Shown in pieces: positions 29,801 to 39,086 of a DNA stretch of 49,149 nucleotides (its first letter is position 1; each line of letters begins with the position of its first letter). The translations under genes were made by a program, and so were the position numbers. This DNA is from an uncultured Candidatus Rokubacteria bacterium (GTDB lineage: Bacteria; Methylomirabilota; Methylomirabilia; Rokubacteriales; DASRDR01): assembly GCA_963708025.1 (NCBI GenBank), contig CAVPSB010000043.1, forward strand, positions 1 through 49,149. The letters are read 5' to 3'. The notes under the pieces were generated by a model. That model worked only from the letters and a program-made list of their open reading frames with translations, was not told the origin of the DNA and ran no database searches.

Positions 29801-31660
29801 CTACCCGTTGCGGGCGGCGGCGTCGATCACGTCCGCGGCTTTCTCGCTGATCATGTAGGTCGGCATGACCAGGAAGAAGCCGGGGATCCGGGGGAACACC
29901 GAGGCGTCGACGACCCGCAGCCCCTTCACCCCGCGCACCCGGAACGAGGCGTCCAGCACGGCGTCCCGATCGCCCTCGCCACCGATCTTGCAGGTGCACG
30001 AGGCGTGGTGGCCCCAGGCGCGGTCCTGGACGAACGTGTCGATGCCGGCATCCGTCTCGAGGTCGACGCCCTGCATGATGTCCGGATGAAGCTGCAGCAT
30101 GCTCGACGTGTCGATCAGCCGCTTGGCGAGCTTGACCCCTTCGCGCATCGCCGTGAGATCGGCCGCGGCCCCGGGAGTGAGTGCCCCGGCCCCGTCCCGC
30201 GCGAAGTAATCGAAATTGACCGCCGGGGGGTCGAGCGGGTCGGCGGTCCGCAGCGTGACCTGCCCGCGAAAGCGGGCATGCGCCTTGAGGAGGAGCCAGG
30301 TCCACTTGTCGTAGGGCCTGGCCACGGCTTCGCTCGCCCAGCCGGTCCGGTAGCCGACGAACGCCCCCGGCACGCCGAACACGAACAGGTCCGGCTCGTC
30401 GTGCTCGGCGACGCTGGACCGGGCGATGAAGCCGAGGACGGCGCCGTTGGTGGCGTAGAGGCCATGGCCGCCCCGCCACTCCTCGAACAATGGATCGCCC
30501 CTCTGTCCCGGACCGGGCCCGCTGAACGTGGCCTCGGCCAGGAGGCCGAACGGCTTGCCGGCCCGGGCGACGACGCCCACCTCGTAGCGGTCCTGCAGGT
30601 TGGCGCCGACGCCGGGAAGGTCGCACCGGCACGCGATGCCGAGCGCGGTGAGGGCGGCCTTCGGCCCGATCCCGGAGAGCATCAGGAGCTGCGGCGTGAT
30701 GTAGGCGCCGGCCGAGAGAATGACCTCCCGGCCGGCGCGCGCCTCCTCGGCCGGTCCGGCCGGCGTGCCGAACCGCCCGCGATCCCGATCGGCCCGGTAC
30801 AGGCCCTCCCCGCGGAGATAGCGGACGCCGACGGCTCGCAGCGGGTCGTGGGGATCGAAGACGAGCCCGGTCACGTGACTGTGCGTGCGGACCTCGAGCC
30901 GGCCGGTGGCCCGGGCGGCGTCGATGCGCTCGCGCGCGCCCGCTCGCCGGCCGTCGTCCGTGATGGCCATCGGCACCGCGATGAGCCCGGTCCCCTGACG
31001 CTCCACGACCCGCAGATCGTTCGGGTCGAGCCGGGCCTTGATCAGGTCCACCTGGTCCGGGACATCGAGAAAACGGATCGGGAGCCGCGACGGCTCGGCG
31101 GCCTTGGCCTCCAGGGCGATCTTCGCGATCGAGAGGTCGCGGTGACCGATGGCGTCGAGACCGAGGTCGAGCACGTCGGGGAATCGGGTCGGCAGCCAGC
31201 CGTCCTTGCCGTGTCCGCCGGTCGGGTCGCCGCGGTAGAGGCACCGCTCGACCCGCGCGAAGTACTGGTTCATCGCCCCGGGGGCCCAGCTCGCGTCGCC
31301 GGTGGCGTCGCGGATGGCCTGCCAGTCGCTGTCGTGCGGGCGGATGATGATCATCGCGTAGTGGGCGGTGCACCCGCCCAGCGTGCGGGCCCGCGGGTAG
31401 AAGACCCCGTCGCGCTCCGGCTCGTATTTCGGGTCCCGCTTCTGCCGCTCGTCGTCGCCGTAGTGGCGGACGTAGTGGTCGAGGCGCATCGCCGCGTCCT
31501 CGGTGGCGAGGCCGTGGAGCACCGGCACCTGGTAGTTCCAGGGCTCCTCCTCGCCGCCGGCCTCCAGCAGCAGCACGCGATGGCCCCGCTCGGCCAGACG
31601 GGCCGCCAGCGGCCCGCCGCCCGCTCCCGAACCCACCACGATGTAGTCGGGATCCGGCAT
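29801..31660 (-). CDS. GMC family FAD oxidoreductase
   Basis: [68 protein letters not shown]. Confidence 0.93.
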   Translation of the reverse strand: MPDPDYIVVGSGAGGGPLAARLAERGHRVLLLEAGGEEEPWNYQVPVLHGLATEDAAMRLDHYVRHYGDDERQKRDPKYEPERDGVFYPRARTLGGCTAHYAMIIIRPHDSDWQAIRDATGDASWAPGAMNQYFARVERCLYRGDPTGGHGKDGWLPTRFPDVLDLGLDAIGHRDLSIAKIALEAKAAEPSRLPIRFLDVPDQVDLIKARLDPNDLRVVERQGTGLIAVPMAITDDGRRAGARERIDAARATGRLEVRTHSHVTGLVFDPHDPLRAVGVRYLRGEGLYRADRDRGRFGTPAGPAEEARAGREVILSAGAYITPQLLMLSGIGPKAALTALGIACRCDLPGVGANLQDRYEVGVVARAGKPFGLLAEATFSGPGPGQRGDPLFEEWRGGHGLYATNGAVLGFIARSSVAEHDEPDLFVFGVPGAFVGYRTGWASEAVARPYDKWTWLLLKAHARFRGQVTLRTADPLDPPAVNFDYFARDGAGALTPGAAADLTAMREGVKLAKRLIDTSSMLQLHPDIMQGVDLETDAGIDTFVQDRAWGHHASCTCKIGGEGDRDAVLDASFRVRGVKGLRVVDASVFPRIPGFFLVMPTYMISEKAADVIDAAARNG

Positions 31661-31667
31661 GACGGCC

Positions 31668-32792
31668 TCAGATGCCCCGCGGGTAAGGGAAGCGCGCCGC
31701 CGGCAGCGCGTTCTTGTCGAAGTAGCTGCGGATGGCGCGCTCGGCCATGCCGTAGCCGAAGTTGATGAGGCGTTCCTGCAGCTCGTCCGGCATCTCGGCC
31801 AGGCGCGTCGGCGTCTCGGCCAGGGCCCGGGCGCGGTCGGCCGGCAGCGCCAGGTTGCTCTGAGCCGGGTACTCGGCGGGATCGGTCCACATCCCCCAGT
31901 AGGCCCCGCCGCGGACGCCGCTCTTGAAGGCCGAGACGATCTGGCGCTTCCGCAGGCTGCGGACCTGGTTGTCGATCACCGAGTTGATGCGGATGCTGTG
32001 TCGCACCCAGTCGCTGTGCGGCTCCTCCTCCGGCTGCATCTTGCCCCCGGCGTCGCTGACGAGGATGGTCCGGCAGCGCTTCCAGGCCGTCTCGATGCCC
32101 ATGTTGTCGTACACACCGCCGTCGGTGAGCATGACCTTCGTCGTGAACGGCGGCCGGTGGCACGGACCCGGATCGGTCGAGAAATCGCTCGCGCCGAACT
32201 GGACCCGGACGGGCGACAGGACCGGCGGGAAGGCGGACGAGGCCGCCACCGCCTCGGCGACCGACGTCGTCGGCTTCAGGTAGCGGCCGACCTGCCAGTC
32301 GGCGATGTAGGGCTTCGAGAACCGGAAGAGCGAGCCGGTCTGGACGTTGGTGGCGTTGATGACGAAGCGCGGGGTGTCCGGCAGGTCCTGCAGCGTGTGG
32401 TTGCCGAACAGGACCTCGCGATAGCGCTCGATGACCCTGTCGCTGACCGACCCGAAGCCGAATACGCCGCCGAGGATCGACTCGACGTCGATCGTGATCC
32501 CGGCCATCTTCCGGACCGGCGCCACGACGTTCGACTCGAACTTTCCGGGGGCGTCCACCGTGGCCCAGCTCACGGCCAGGATGCCGGCGGTGATCGAGCC
32601 GCCAGACACGCTCGAGATCCGCGCGAGCTTTCGCAGGTAGCCGGCGTCACGGAGATACCACAGCACACCGACGTGGAAGACCATCGCCCGGTAGCCGCCG
32701 CCCGACATGCACAGCGCCAGGGTATCCTCGAGCTGTTCTTCGCCGGGATCGGAGATCAGCGGAGTGTCAGCGGCGCCCGCTCCGTTCGTCAT
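31668..32792 (-). CDS. Patatin-like phospholipase
   Basis: SGGGYRA oxyanion loop, SVSGGS nucleophile, ASSAFP, DGGVYDN. Confidence 0.93.
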   Translation of the reverse strand: MTNGAGAADTPLISDPGEEQLEDTLALCMSGGGYRAMVFHVGVLWYLRDAGYLRKLARISSVSGGSITAGILAVSWATVDAPGKFESNVVAPVRKMAGITIDVESILGGVFGFGSVSDRVIERYREVLFGNHTLQDLPDTPRFVINATNVQTGSLFRFSKPYIADWQVGRYLKPTTSVAEAVAASSAFPPVLSPVRVQFGASDFSTDPGPCHRPPFTTKVMLTDGGVYDNMGIETAWKRCRTILVSDAGGKMQPEEEPHSDWVRHSIRINSVIDNQVRSLRKRQIVSAFKSGVRGGAYWGMWTDPAEYPAQSNLALPADRARALAETPTRLAEMPDELQERLINFGYGMAERAIRSYFDKNALPAARFPYPRGI

Positions 32793-33114
32793 GGGGAGTT
32801 CTCCTTCGGCGCGTACCTGAACGGCCTGGCCTCACGCCCGCGCCTCGTCGCAGAAGAGCGGATCGTTCGGGAGCAACCTCGGAACACCGTCTGGACGATC
32901 GGGCCCAATGTGAATCGCCCGGGGCGAACAGTCAAGCGTCTACTGTGGTCTTACCGGGGTGTATCCAATCGTCAACACGTCCGGTGTATCCATATAGATC
33001 ATTGACGCCTCGCGCCGCTCCGTCGTAGGGTTCCGCCATGCCTTGCGAGGCTCCCCGCGCGGTGTCACGACCCGTAGGGGACGGGCCGGGGTCGTCCCGA
33101 GCGGTGCCGCCGGG

Positions 33115-33552
33115 ATGAGCTCCGACAGCCCGGCCGGCTCGACGACGGTCATCCACGCCGCCGGTGGCCTCGTCTGGCGCCGCGGCGCGGCCGGCCGCGA
33201 GATCGCGGTCGTCCGGCGAGCGCGCTACGGCGAGGAGTGGACGCTGCCCAAGGGCAAGCTCCGGCCGGAAGAGACCTGGGAGGCCGCCGCGGTCCGCGAA
33301 GTGGGCGAAGAGACCGGCTGCGTCGTGGAGCGCGGCCCGTTCGCCGGGGGGCAGATCTACCAGGTCGATGGCCGGCCCAAGGTCGTCCTCTACTGGCACA
33401 TGGGCCTGCTCCGGGAGGGGCCGGTGGCCGATCCGGAAGAAGCCCGGGAGCTCCGGTGGCTGGCGCCCGCCGCCGCGCAGGCCCGCCTGACCCACCCGGG
33501 CGAGCAACGGCTGCTCGCCGAGGCGCTGGCCAGCGCGCCGCCGCTCGCATGA
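33115..33552 (+). CDS. NUDIX hydrolase
   Basis: AAGGLVWR, WTLPKG, Nudix box GKLRPEETWEAAAVREVGEETG. Confidence 0.9.
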   Translation: MSSDSPAGSTTVIHAAGGLVWRRGAAGREIAVVRRARYGEEWTLPKGKLRPEETWEAAAVREVGEETGCVVERGPFAGGQIYQVDGRPKVVLYWHMGLLREGPVADPEEARELRWLAPAAAQARLTHPGEQRLLAEALASAPPLA

Positions 33553-34494
33553 GCTCCATCGCCGAATCGCTGGTCCGCGGGTGGCGCCGTCTCTGGCCAG
33601 CCTCCTCCGCCCAGCGACTGAACGACATCCTGCCCACGTATCGACAGGACCTGGACTTCCTGATCCAGTTCGACCACCACGCCCGGCGGCAAGCCCGCGT
33701 GGGCCAGCGAGGCCGAGACGCTCCTCGACCTCGCCGAGCAAGCCGTGCGCGAGCGCAATCCGGAGCGAGGCTGGCGTCACTTCCACGCCGCGCAGCGGCT
33801 CGAGCTCCACGGCCTCCGCGACCTGGGACCCGAGGCGTTCCGGGCCCGCGCGCGGAGCATCCACGCCGAGGCGGTGCAGAAGCTTCGCTCGTGGAGGCGA
33901 AAGCAGGTCGAGGAGCTCTTCGGCGCCCTGCCTTCCCCCGGGACCCAGCCCACGCCCGCGGTGTCGCCCGCCGAGCTCGCGGCCGCGAACGAGTCGGCGC
34001 TCCTGCTCCACGAGCACTTCAGCAACGAAGCGCTGAAGCAAGGATCGGCTCAGGCCCAGACGCGGGTGGTGGTGGGCCTGGCCCTGGGCGCGATCCTGCT
34101 CTGGCTGCGGCTGGCGGGCCCGCGGGTGTTCAAGCCGCTCGGCTCGGGGGAGCGGCTGGCCTGGGACGATCCGGCGCTGCTCGGGTCGGCGCTGGCGTTC
34201 GGCCTGATGGGGGCATCCTTCAGCGCGCTCACGTCGTTGACCGGCCCATCGTCGGCCCAGACGATCCCGGAGCAGGTGTTCACGTATCGCATCACGCTGG
34301 CGCGGCAGGCCGTGGGCGTGCTGTCGGCGCTGGTCGTCGTCGTCCTCCTGGCCTCGGACTTCCTCCAGATCGGCAGGCTCCCGGTGACGCCCTCGGTGGT
34401 GCTGCTGGCCGCCTTCGCCGCCGGCTTCTCGGAGCGGCTGGTGGTCCGCGCGCTCGAGCGCTTTGCGGGGGCGGCCGACGGCTCGAAGAAGTAG
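33549..34494 (+). CDS. Uncharacterised membrane protein (helical N-domain plus 4 TM, AGFSER C-terminal motif), one frameshift near 33684
   Basis: ATGA overlap with the NUDIX stop. The joined frames give a soluble helical N-terminus then four hydrophobic segments ending AFAAGFSERLV. Confidence 0.75.
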
Positions 34495-34495
34495 C

Positions 34496-34523
34496 TTGAC
34501 AGATCAACGATTCTTGATATGGT
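34496..34523 (+). promoter_or_regulatory. ars promoter with ArsR operator
   Basis: TTGACA (34496-34501), TATGGT (34518-34523), inverted repeat ATCAA-N6-TTGAT (34503-34518) between them. Confidence 0.75.
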
Positions 34524-34530
34524 GAGGGCC

Positions 34531-34860
34531 ATGGCCACGATCGTGGCGCGGGATGGACAGCGCACCGCTCGGCTCTTCCACGCCCTGGCGGACGAGACGC
34601 GGCTCCGGATCCTCGAGCAGCTCGCCGACGGCGAGCAGTGCGTGTGCGACCTGACCGGCGCCCTGGAGGCGGGCCAGTCCCGACTCTCCTTCCACCTCAA
34701 GACCCTGAAGGACGCGGGACTGGTGACGGATCGGCGTCAGGGCCGCTGGATCTACTATGCGCTGAACCCCGAGGCGGTCGGCGAGCTGCGGGAGGTGGTG
34801 GGCGTCATCGGAGCGCCGCGTGGTCGCGGTCTCCGGATCGCCTCCCGCTGCTGCGACTGA
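34531..34860 (+). CDS. arsR: ArsR/SmtB family arsenic-responsive repressor
   Basis: [19 protein letters not shown] metal site, [15 protein letters not shown]-terminal CC. Confidence 0.92.
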   Translation: MATIVARDGQRTARLFHALADETRLRILEQLADGEQCVCDLTGALEAGQSRLSFHLKTLKDAGLVTDRRQGRWIYYALNPEAVGELREVVGVIGAPRGRGLRIASRCCD

Positions 34861-34883
34861 GGCCCCTTTTTTTGCCGTCACAT

Positions 34884-34899
34884 ATCAACCGTCCTTGAT
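34884..34899. promoter_or_regulatory. Second ArsR-type operator upstream of arsM
   Basis: ATCAACCGTCCTTGAT has the same ATCAA-N6-TTGAT dyad as at 34503. Confidence 0.7.
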
Positions 34900-34939
34900 G
34901 CCTGGCCCCCGAAACAACCCAAGAGCGGAGGACACCCCG

Positions 34940-35758
34940 ATGAGTGAGCCGAAGATCACCGAGATCGTCAGGGAGAAGTACGCGCAGGCCGCGCTCCGGG
35001 TGACGAGTGGCGACGGTGGCTGCTGCGGCAGCGCGTCGTCCCGCAGCGGCTGTGATCCCGTCACCGGCAACCTGTACGAGAAGGAGGAGATGGCGGCCTT
35101 GCCCGAGGAGGCGGTGCGCGCGTCGCTCGGCTGCGGCAACCCCACGGCGCTGGCCGAGCTCCGGGCCGGCGAGGTCGTCCTGGACCTCGGCTCGGGCGGC
35201 GGGATCGACGTGCTCCTCTCCGCCCGGCGCGTCGGGCCGACCGGCAAGGCCTACGGGCTCGACATGACCGACGAGATGCTGGCCCTCGCCCGCGAGAACC
35301 AGCGCAAGGCGGGAGTCGAGAACGTCGAGTTCCTGAAGGGTGAGATCGAGGCCATCCCGCTGCCCGGCGACAGCGTGGACGTGATCATCTCGAACTGCGT
35401 CATCAACCTGTCGGCCGACAAGGATCGGGTCCTGGCCGAGGCCTTCCGCGTGCTCAAGCCGGGCGGACGGTTCGCCGTCTCCGACGTCGTGGTGCGCGGC
35501 GAAGTGCCCGCGGCTATCCGGCGCAGCGTCGAGCTCTGGATCGGCTGCGTGGCCGGGGCGCTGGACGAGACCGAGTACCGGGAGAAGCTGGCGAAGGCCG
35601 GCTTCGAGGGGATCGACCTCGAGCCCACGCGGGTCTACCGGGCCGAGGACGCCCGCCAGTTCCTGGCTGGCGCGGGCCTGGACGCCGACGCCATCGCCCC
35701 CCAGGTGGACGGCAAGTTCATGAGCGCCTTCGTGCGCGCCCGGAAGCCGGTGGCCTGA
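34940..35758 (+). CDS. arsM: Arsenite S-adenosylmethionine methyltransferase
   Basis: [53 protein letters not shown]. Confidence 0.95.
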   Translation: MSEPKITEIVREKYAQAALRVTSGDGGCCGSASSRSGCDPVTGNLYEKEEMAALPEEAVRASLGCGNPTALAELRAGEVVLDLGSGGGIDVLLSARRVGPTGKAYGLDMTDEMLALARENQRKAGVENVEFLKGEIEAIPLPGDSVDVIISNCVINLSADKDRVLAEAFRVLKPGGRFAVSDVVVRGEVPAAIRRSVELWIGCVAGALDETEYREKLAKAGFEGIDLEPTRVYRAEDARQFLAGAGLDADAIAPQVDGKFMSAFVRARKPVA

Positions 35759-35774
35759 CCCGCCGGCCGGAGAC

Positions 35775-36296
35775 ATGACGGATCGGCGGGAGATTCGCGC
35801 GCGGCTCGCCACGCCGGCCGACGCCGCCGCGATCGCCGACATCTACAACCAGGGGATCGAGGAGCGGATCGCGACCTTCGAGACCGCGCTGCGGTCGCCG
35901 CGTGACGTCGAGGTCACGCTGGCCGAGAAGGGGGATCGCCATCCCACGGTCGTCGTCGAGCGGGCGGGGCAGGTCGTCGCCTGGGCGACCGCCGGGCCCT
36001 ACCGGACGCGGCCGGCCTACGCGGGCGTCGCCGAGCACTCGGTGTACGTGGCGCGCCACGCGCGCGGGACCGGCGCCGGCCGGGCGGCGCTCGAGGCCCT
36101 CGCCCGCGAGTACGAGGCGCGGGGATTCTGGAAGCTGGTCTCCCGCATCTTCCCCGAGAACGCCGCCAGCCTGGCCCTGCACGAGCGGGCCGGCTTCCGC
36201 ACCGTCGGCGTGTACCGGCGTCATGGGCGGCTCGACGGCCAGTGGCGAGACTGCGTCATCGTCGAGAAGCTCCTCGGCTCGGCCGCGCGCGACTGA
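35775..36296 (+). CDS. arsN: GNAT N-acetyltransferase, arsinothricin/phosphinothricin (ArsN1-like)
   Basis: IYNQGIEERIATFET, YAGVAEHSVYV, WKLVSRIFPENAASLALH, GFRTVG, WRD; located in the ars operon. Confidence 0.85.
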   Translation: MTDRREIRARLATPADAAAIADIYNQGIEERIATFETALRSPRDVEVTLAEKGDRHPTVVVERAGQVVAWATAGPYRTRPAYAGVAEHSVYVARHARGTGAGRAALEALAREYEARGFWKLVSRIFPENAASLALHERAGFRTVGVYRRHGRLDGQWRDCVIVEKLLGSAARD

Positions 36297-36377
36297 CCGG
36301 CGTCACGATGACACCCTAACCCCCCTATCCGAAATTCCTGATGCCACGCAGGGGTGACGATCGTGGCTTCCCATCCG

Positions 36378-36480
36378 CTCCCTCCTCCCAAGGGAGGGAG
36401 AGGGTGGGGGTGAGGGTGAGGGCAGGAGGGGCCCGTGCGTCTCCCCCCTCTGGGGGACAGGGTAAGAGAGGGGTACGGGC
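36378..36480. repeat. Two degenerate copies of the CCCTCTCCC..GGGAGAGGG REP-like unit
   Basis: CTCCCTCCTCCCAAGGGAGGGAGAGGGTGGGGGTGAGGG (36378-36416) and CGTCTCCCCCCTCTGGGGGACAGGGTAAGAGAGGGG (36438-36473), similar to the units at 2952-3047. Confidence 0.75.
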
Positions 36481-36664
36481 TCGTCTCATTCCTTCGGATC
36501 GGGGCTGACCCCGCCGTTGACCCGCCGGGCCGCCCGGCGTAGCCTCCCGGCCATTTCTGCGCTGAATACGTACGACCAAGGTCCCATTGGCGGCAGCCAC
36601 GCGCTTGACCTAACCTGGGCTCCAATGGTTCGCCACGGCTCACGTCCAGCGGGAGGCTGCGGGG

Positions 36665-36991
36665 GTGTCGCCTAAGCCGCCCGGCCCTAGCCCATCCGCT
36701 CCCACTTGCCCGCGCTGCGGCAAGTCGATTCGGCCGGGCACTGGGACTACACTACCAAGCGGCGCGCTGGTCCACGTTCCGTGCCTCGCGCGCGAAACCG
36801 AAACCATCGAACGACCGGACGAGAGCACGGCGCCAGCGCAGGAAGAAGCGGGACGCCGTGTGAGGTTCAGCGCCGCCACCCGGCAAGGGTGTCCCGTGTG
36901 TCACCATCCGCTTGCGGGGGGTGGGAGCGTGCTGTTCCAAGGTGACCGGCTGGTGCATGCGCTGTGCTGGAGGCCCGAGCACCGCCCGTAA
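36665..36991 (+). CDS. Small protein with two CxxC..HxxC zinc-ribbon motifs
   Basis: CPRC..VHVPC and CPVC..VHALC. RBS GGGAGG at 36651-36656. Confidence 0.65.
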   Translation: MSPKPPGPSPSAPTCPRCGKSIRPGTGTTLPSGALVHVPCLARETETIERPDESTAPAQEEAGRRVRFSAATRQGCPVCHHPLAGGGSVLFQGDRLVHALCWRPEHRP

Positions 36992-37178
36992 CCCCGAACG
37001 CGAGCTGAGTCGCGCTCCACGGCCGCGCGGTCGCGTGCCGGGCGTCGTGGTCCGGGGGAACGGCTTTGCGTACGCCTGCACCCGCTCGCTGTGGAGCGTT
37101 TGGCGGTGCCGCCCGTGCGATCGTGGCGTGCTTGACGATCCCACAGTCGCTGCTACTGCACGCCGACGAAGTGATCCA

Positions 37179-37388
37179 GTGACCCCCCACGACCTCGCTC
37201 GGCGCCGCCGGATCCTCTTCACGATGTTGACCACCCTCCGCTTCGGCTACCCGCCTGGCCACGAGCCCCCGCTGATCGCCGCCCTCCGCCAATGGCTCGG
37301 TGGCTGGCCCGGGATCGGCCGCATCACCGCTGGCATGGCGCGCCAGCAGTACGACCTCCAGCTCACGCGGGACGGGACCGAGGGCTGA
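37179..37388 (+). pseudogene. Truncated member of a small hypothetical family (ALRxWLxxWxGIGxIxxGMARQxYDLQLTR)
   Basis: PPLIAALRQWLGGWPGIGRITAGMARQQYDLQLTRDGTEG*. From recall, full members continue GWRATF, so the TGA would be a Trp nonsense change. Confidence 0.5.
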
Positions 37389-37492
37389 CGCCTCAGGGCC
37401 GCCCTTGTGGGATTCGGGATCCCCGCGTAGGATGGGATGCGACCCACTGATGCGTCATGGCACTCCGCCGAGGGGTGGCGCGGAAGCGTGCC

Positions 37493-37696
37493 ATGGAACG
37501 CGATCGTCATTCCCCTGCCTCGGAGTCCCGGTCCTTGCGGGTCGTGGCGCCCGCCCGCGCACGCTGGACCCGGGATCTCCTAGTCCAGTCCCAGATCCGG
37601 TTCGATCGCGTCCACGGCGTACTGACGCGGGGCGACACTCGCCTCCAGGCCGTCCCGGTGGCGATCGCCGCCGGCGGGAACGCATGCCGGGCCTGA
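37493..37696 (+). CDS. Hypothetical small protein
   Basis: ATG-start ORF overlapping the next small ORF. No recognisable motif. Confidence 0.3.
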   Translation: MERDRHSPASESRSLRVVAPARARWTRDLLVQSQIRFDRVHGVLTRGDTRLQAVPVAIAAGGNACRA

Positions 37697-37890
37697 CGAC
37701 GGGGACCCTCGATGCCGTCAGCCGCGCGCCGGACATCATCCGGATCGGCGGCGTCCCCTACCAAGTGGCCGATGCCGCGCTCCTGCGGGGCCTCGCCGTC
37801 GGCATGCGGATCACCGTGAGCTGGGACCTAGTCGAGGGCCACCGGCAGGCGCGGAAGATCGAGCTGCCCCCGGCCGCGCTCCCGCTATAA
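37684..37890 (+). CDS. Small OB-fold-like hypothetical protein
   Basis: TGTLDAV..IRIGGVPYQV..LAVGMRITVSW..ARKIEL beta-barrel pattern with good codon usage. Confidence 0.55.
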   Translation: MPGLTTGTLDAVSRAPDIIRIGGVPYQVADAALLRGLAVGMRITVSWDLVEGHRQARKIELPPAALPL

Positions 37891-37961
37891 CGCCCTCCGA
37901 GCTCCGTCAGGCGGCGCCGGAGGCGTTGCGGAAGCGGGAGGCCGAGGCGGCGTGATGACCC

Positions 37962-38339
37962 TCACGAGACTGCGTCGGGTCGGCTGCGGAGGGCCTGCTC
38001 GACCACGCGCCGGAGGTCCGCCAGCTGCAGCGGCTTCTGGAGCAAGATCATCCCGTGCGCGCGGGCGCGCGCCCAGTCCTCCTCCGACGCCGCGCCGGTG
38101 ATCAGGACGACGGGGATCCGTGCCCGATCTCTGATCGCCGCGGCCAACTGCCAGCCACTCATCTCCGGCATCCGCAGATCGGTCAGCACGAGATCGTAGG
38201 TCGCCGCGTCGAAGCGCACGAGCGCGTCAGGGCCGTCCGCCGCGGCGGTGACCTCGTAGCCGAGGAGCGAGAGGGCGTCGCACCAGAGGTGGCGGACCGC
38301 GGGGTTGTCGTCCACGACGAGCACGCGAGGGGGTGTCAT
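37962..38339 (-). CDS. Single-domain response regulator (CheY-like)
   Basis: VLVVDD, LVLTDLRMPEMSG, ITG, QKP: full phosphoacceptor set. Confidence 0.9.
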   Translation of the reverse strand: MTPPRVLVVDDNPAVRHLWCDALSLLGYEVTAAADGPDALVRFDAATYDLVLTDLRMPEMSGWQLAAAIRDRARIPVVLITGAASEEDWARARAHGMILLQKPLQLADLRRVVEQALRSRPDAVS

Positions 38340-38601
38340 GGGTTGCCCGTGAGACTGAGGCCGACGAGCAGCAGGTCGAACCCACCAAGAATCAACAGGA
38401 CTTCGCCGAGCACTCGCCAGCCCACCTCCACTCCGTTCTCCCCCCACCACAGATGTCTTGATCGCGGCCTGGTGGAAGGTGCAACCCGCAGGCCCGACGT
38501 AAAGGTCCGCGGGAGAACGACTCTCAGATGAACCGAGTCATCGGTCTGGTCGCGAACTGACCAGCGGTCGAAGGGGGCGGACTCTCAACAACCAATGAGG
38601 C

Positions 38602-38640
38602 TTGACAAGCCGGGCGCTCTCACTTAGGGTAAAACCCCTA
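38602..38640 (+). promoter_or_regulatory. Sigma70 promoter overlapped by palindrome TAGGGT-AAA-ACCCTA
   Basis: TTGACA (38602-38607), 17 bp, TAGGGT (38625-38630). The -10 element is the left arm of a dyad ending at 38640. Confidence 0.6.
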
Positions 38641-38658
38641 TCGGCTGAGGCCGCCTCG

Positions 38659-39042
38659 GTGTACCGAGTCTGCGCGTGGTGTGGGGTCGCGATGGGCCAG
38701 GTGTCGCCGTATGAGGACACCGCGGTCACGCACGGCATCTGTGACCGCTGCTTCAATCGCGTTCAGACGGGCCGGGACCTGCCGCCGCCTACTCCCTTGC
38801 CGCCCGGCCACGTCCTCCTCGTTGTCGCGCGCGAGGCCCGGCCGCTCTTCTGGCACCTACGCGGCGCGCTCGAGGACGTTGCGGGCATCGCTGTCGTCCT
38901 GGATCGGCGGATCCACGAGCGCCGCCGGGATCTCACGAAGATTGCCTCCAACCGCCGGACGGCGGCGCGCCGCCGTGCGATCGTCTCGCGCGACTCACTC
39001 CCCGCGACGTTCGGGGTGTGGATCGTCCGCTCGCGCGGTTGA
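38659..39042 (+). CDS. Hypothetical protein with CAWC..HGIC..C zinc motif and VVLDRR..ERRR domain
   Basis: GTG 38659 after GAGG. VCAWC..THGICDRC followed by LLVVAR..VVLDRRIHERRR. Confidence 0.65.
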   Translation: MYRVCAWCGVAMGQVSPYEDTAVTHGICDRCFNRVQTGRDLPPPTPLPPGHVLLVVAREARPLFWHLRGALEDVAGIAVVLDRRIHERRRDLTKIASNRRTAARRRAIVSRDSLPATFGVWIVRSRG

Positions 39043-39086
39043 CGCCTGGCCGCGTCGTCACCCATCATGCTGGGGTCGGATCCGTC

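Noticed and set aside
29801-34494. Canonical CBASS or Thoeris system
   Set aside because: No CD-NTase, TIR or Cap2/3 genes are present; patatin alone is insufficient.
37386-37388. TGA as a second selenocysteine codon
   Set aside because: The position appears to correspond to Trp rather than Cys, downstream similarity is lost, and no convincing SECIS follows.
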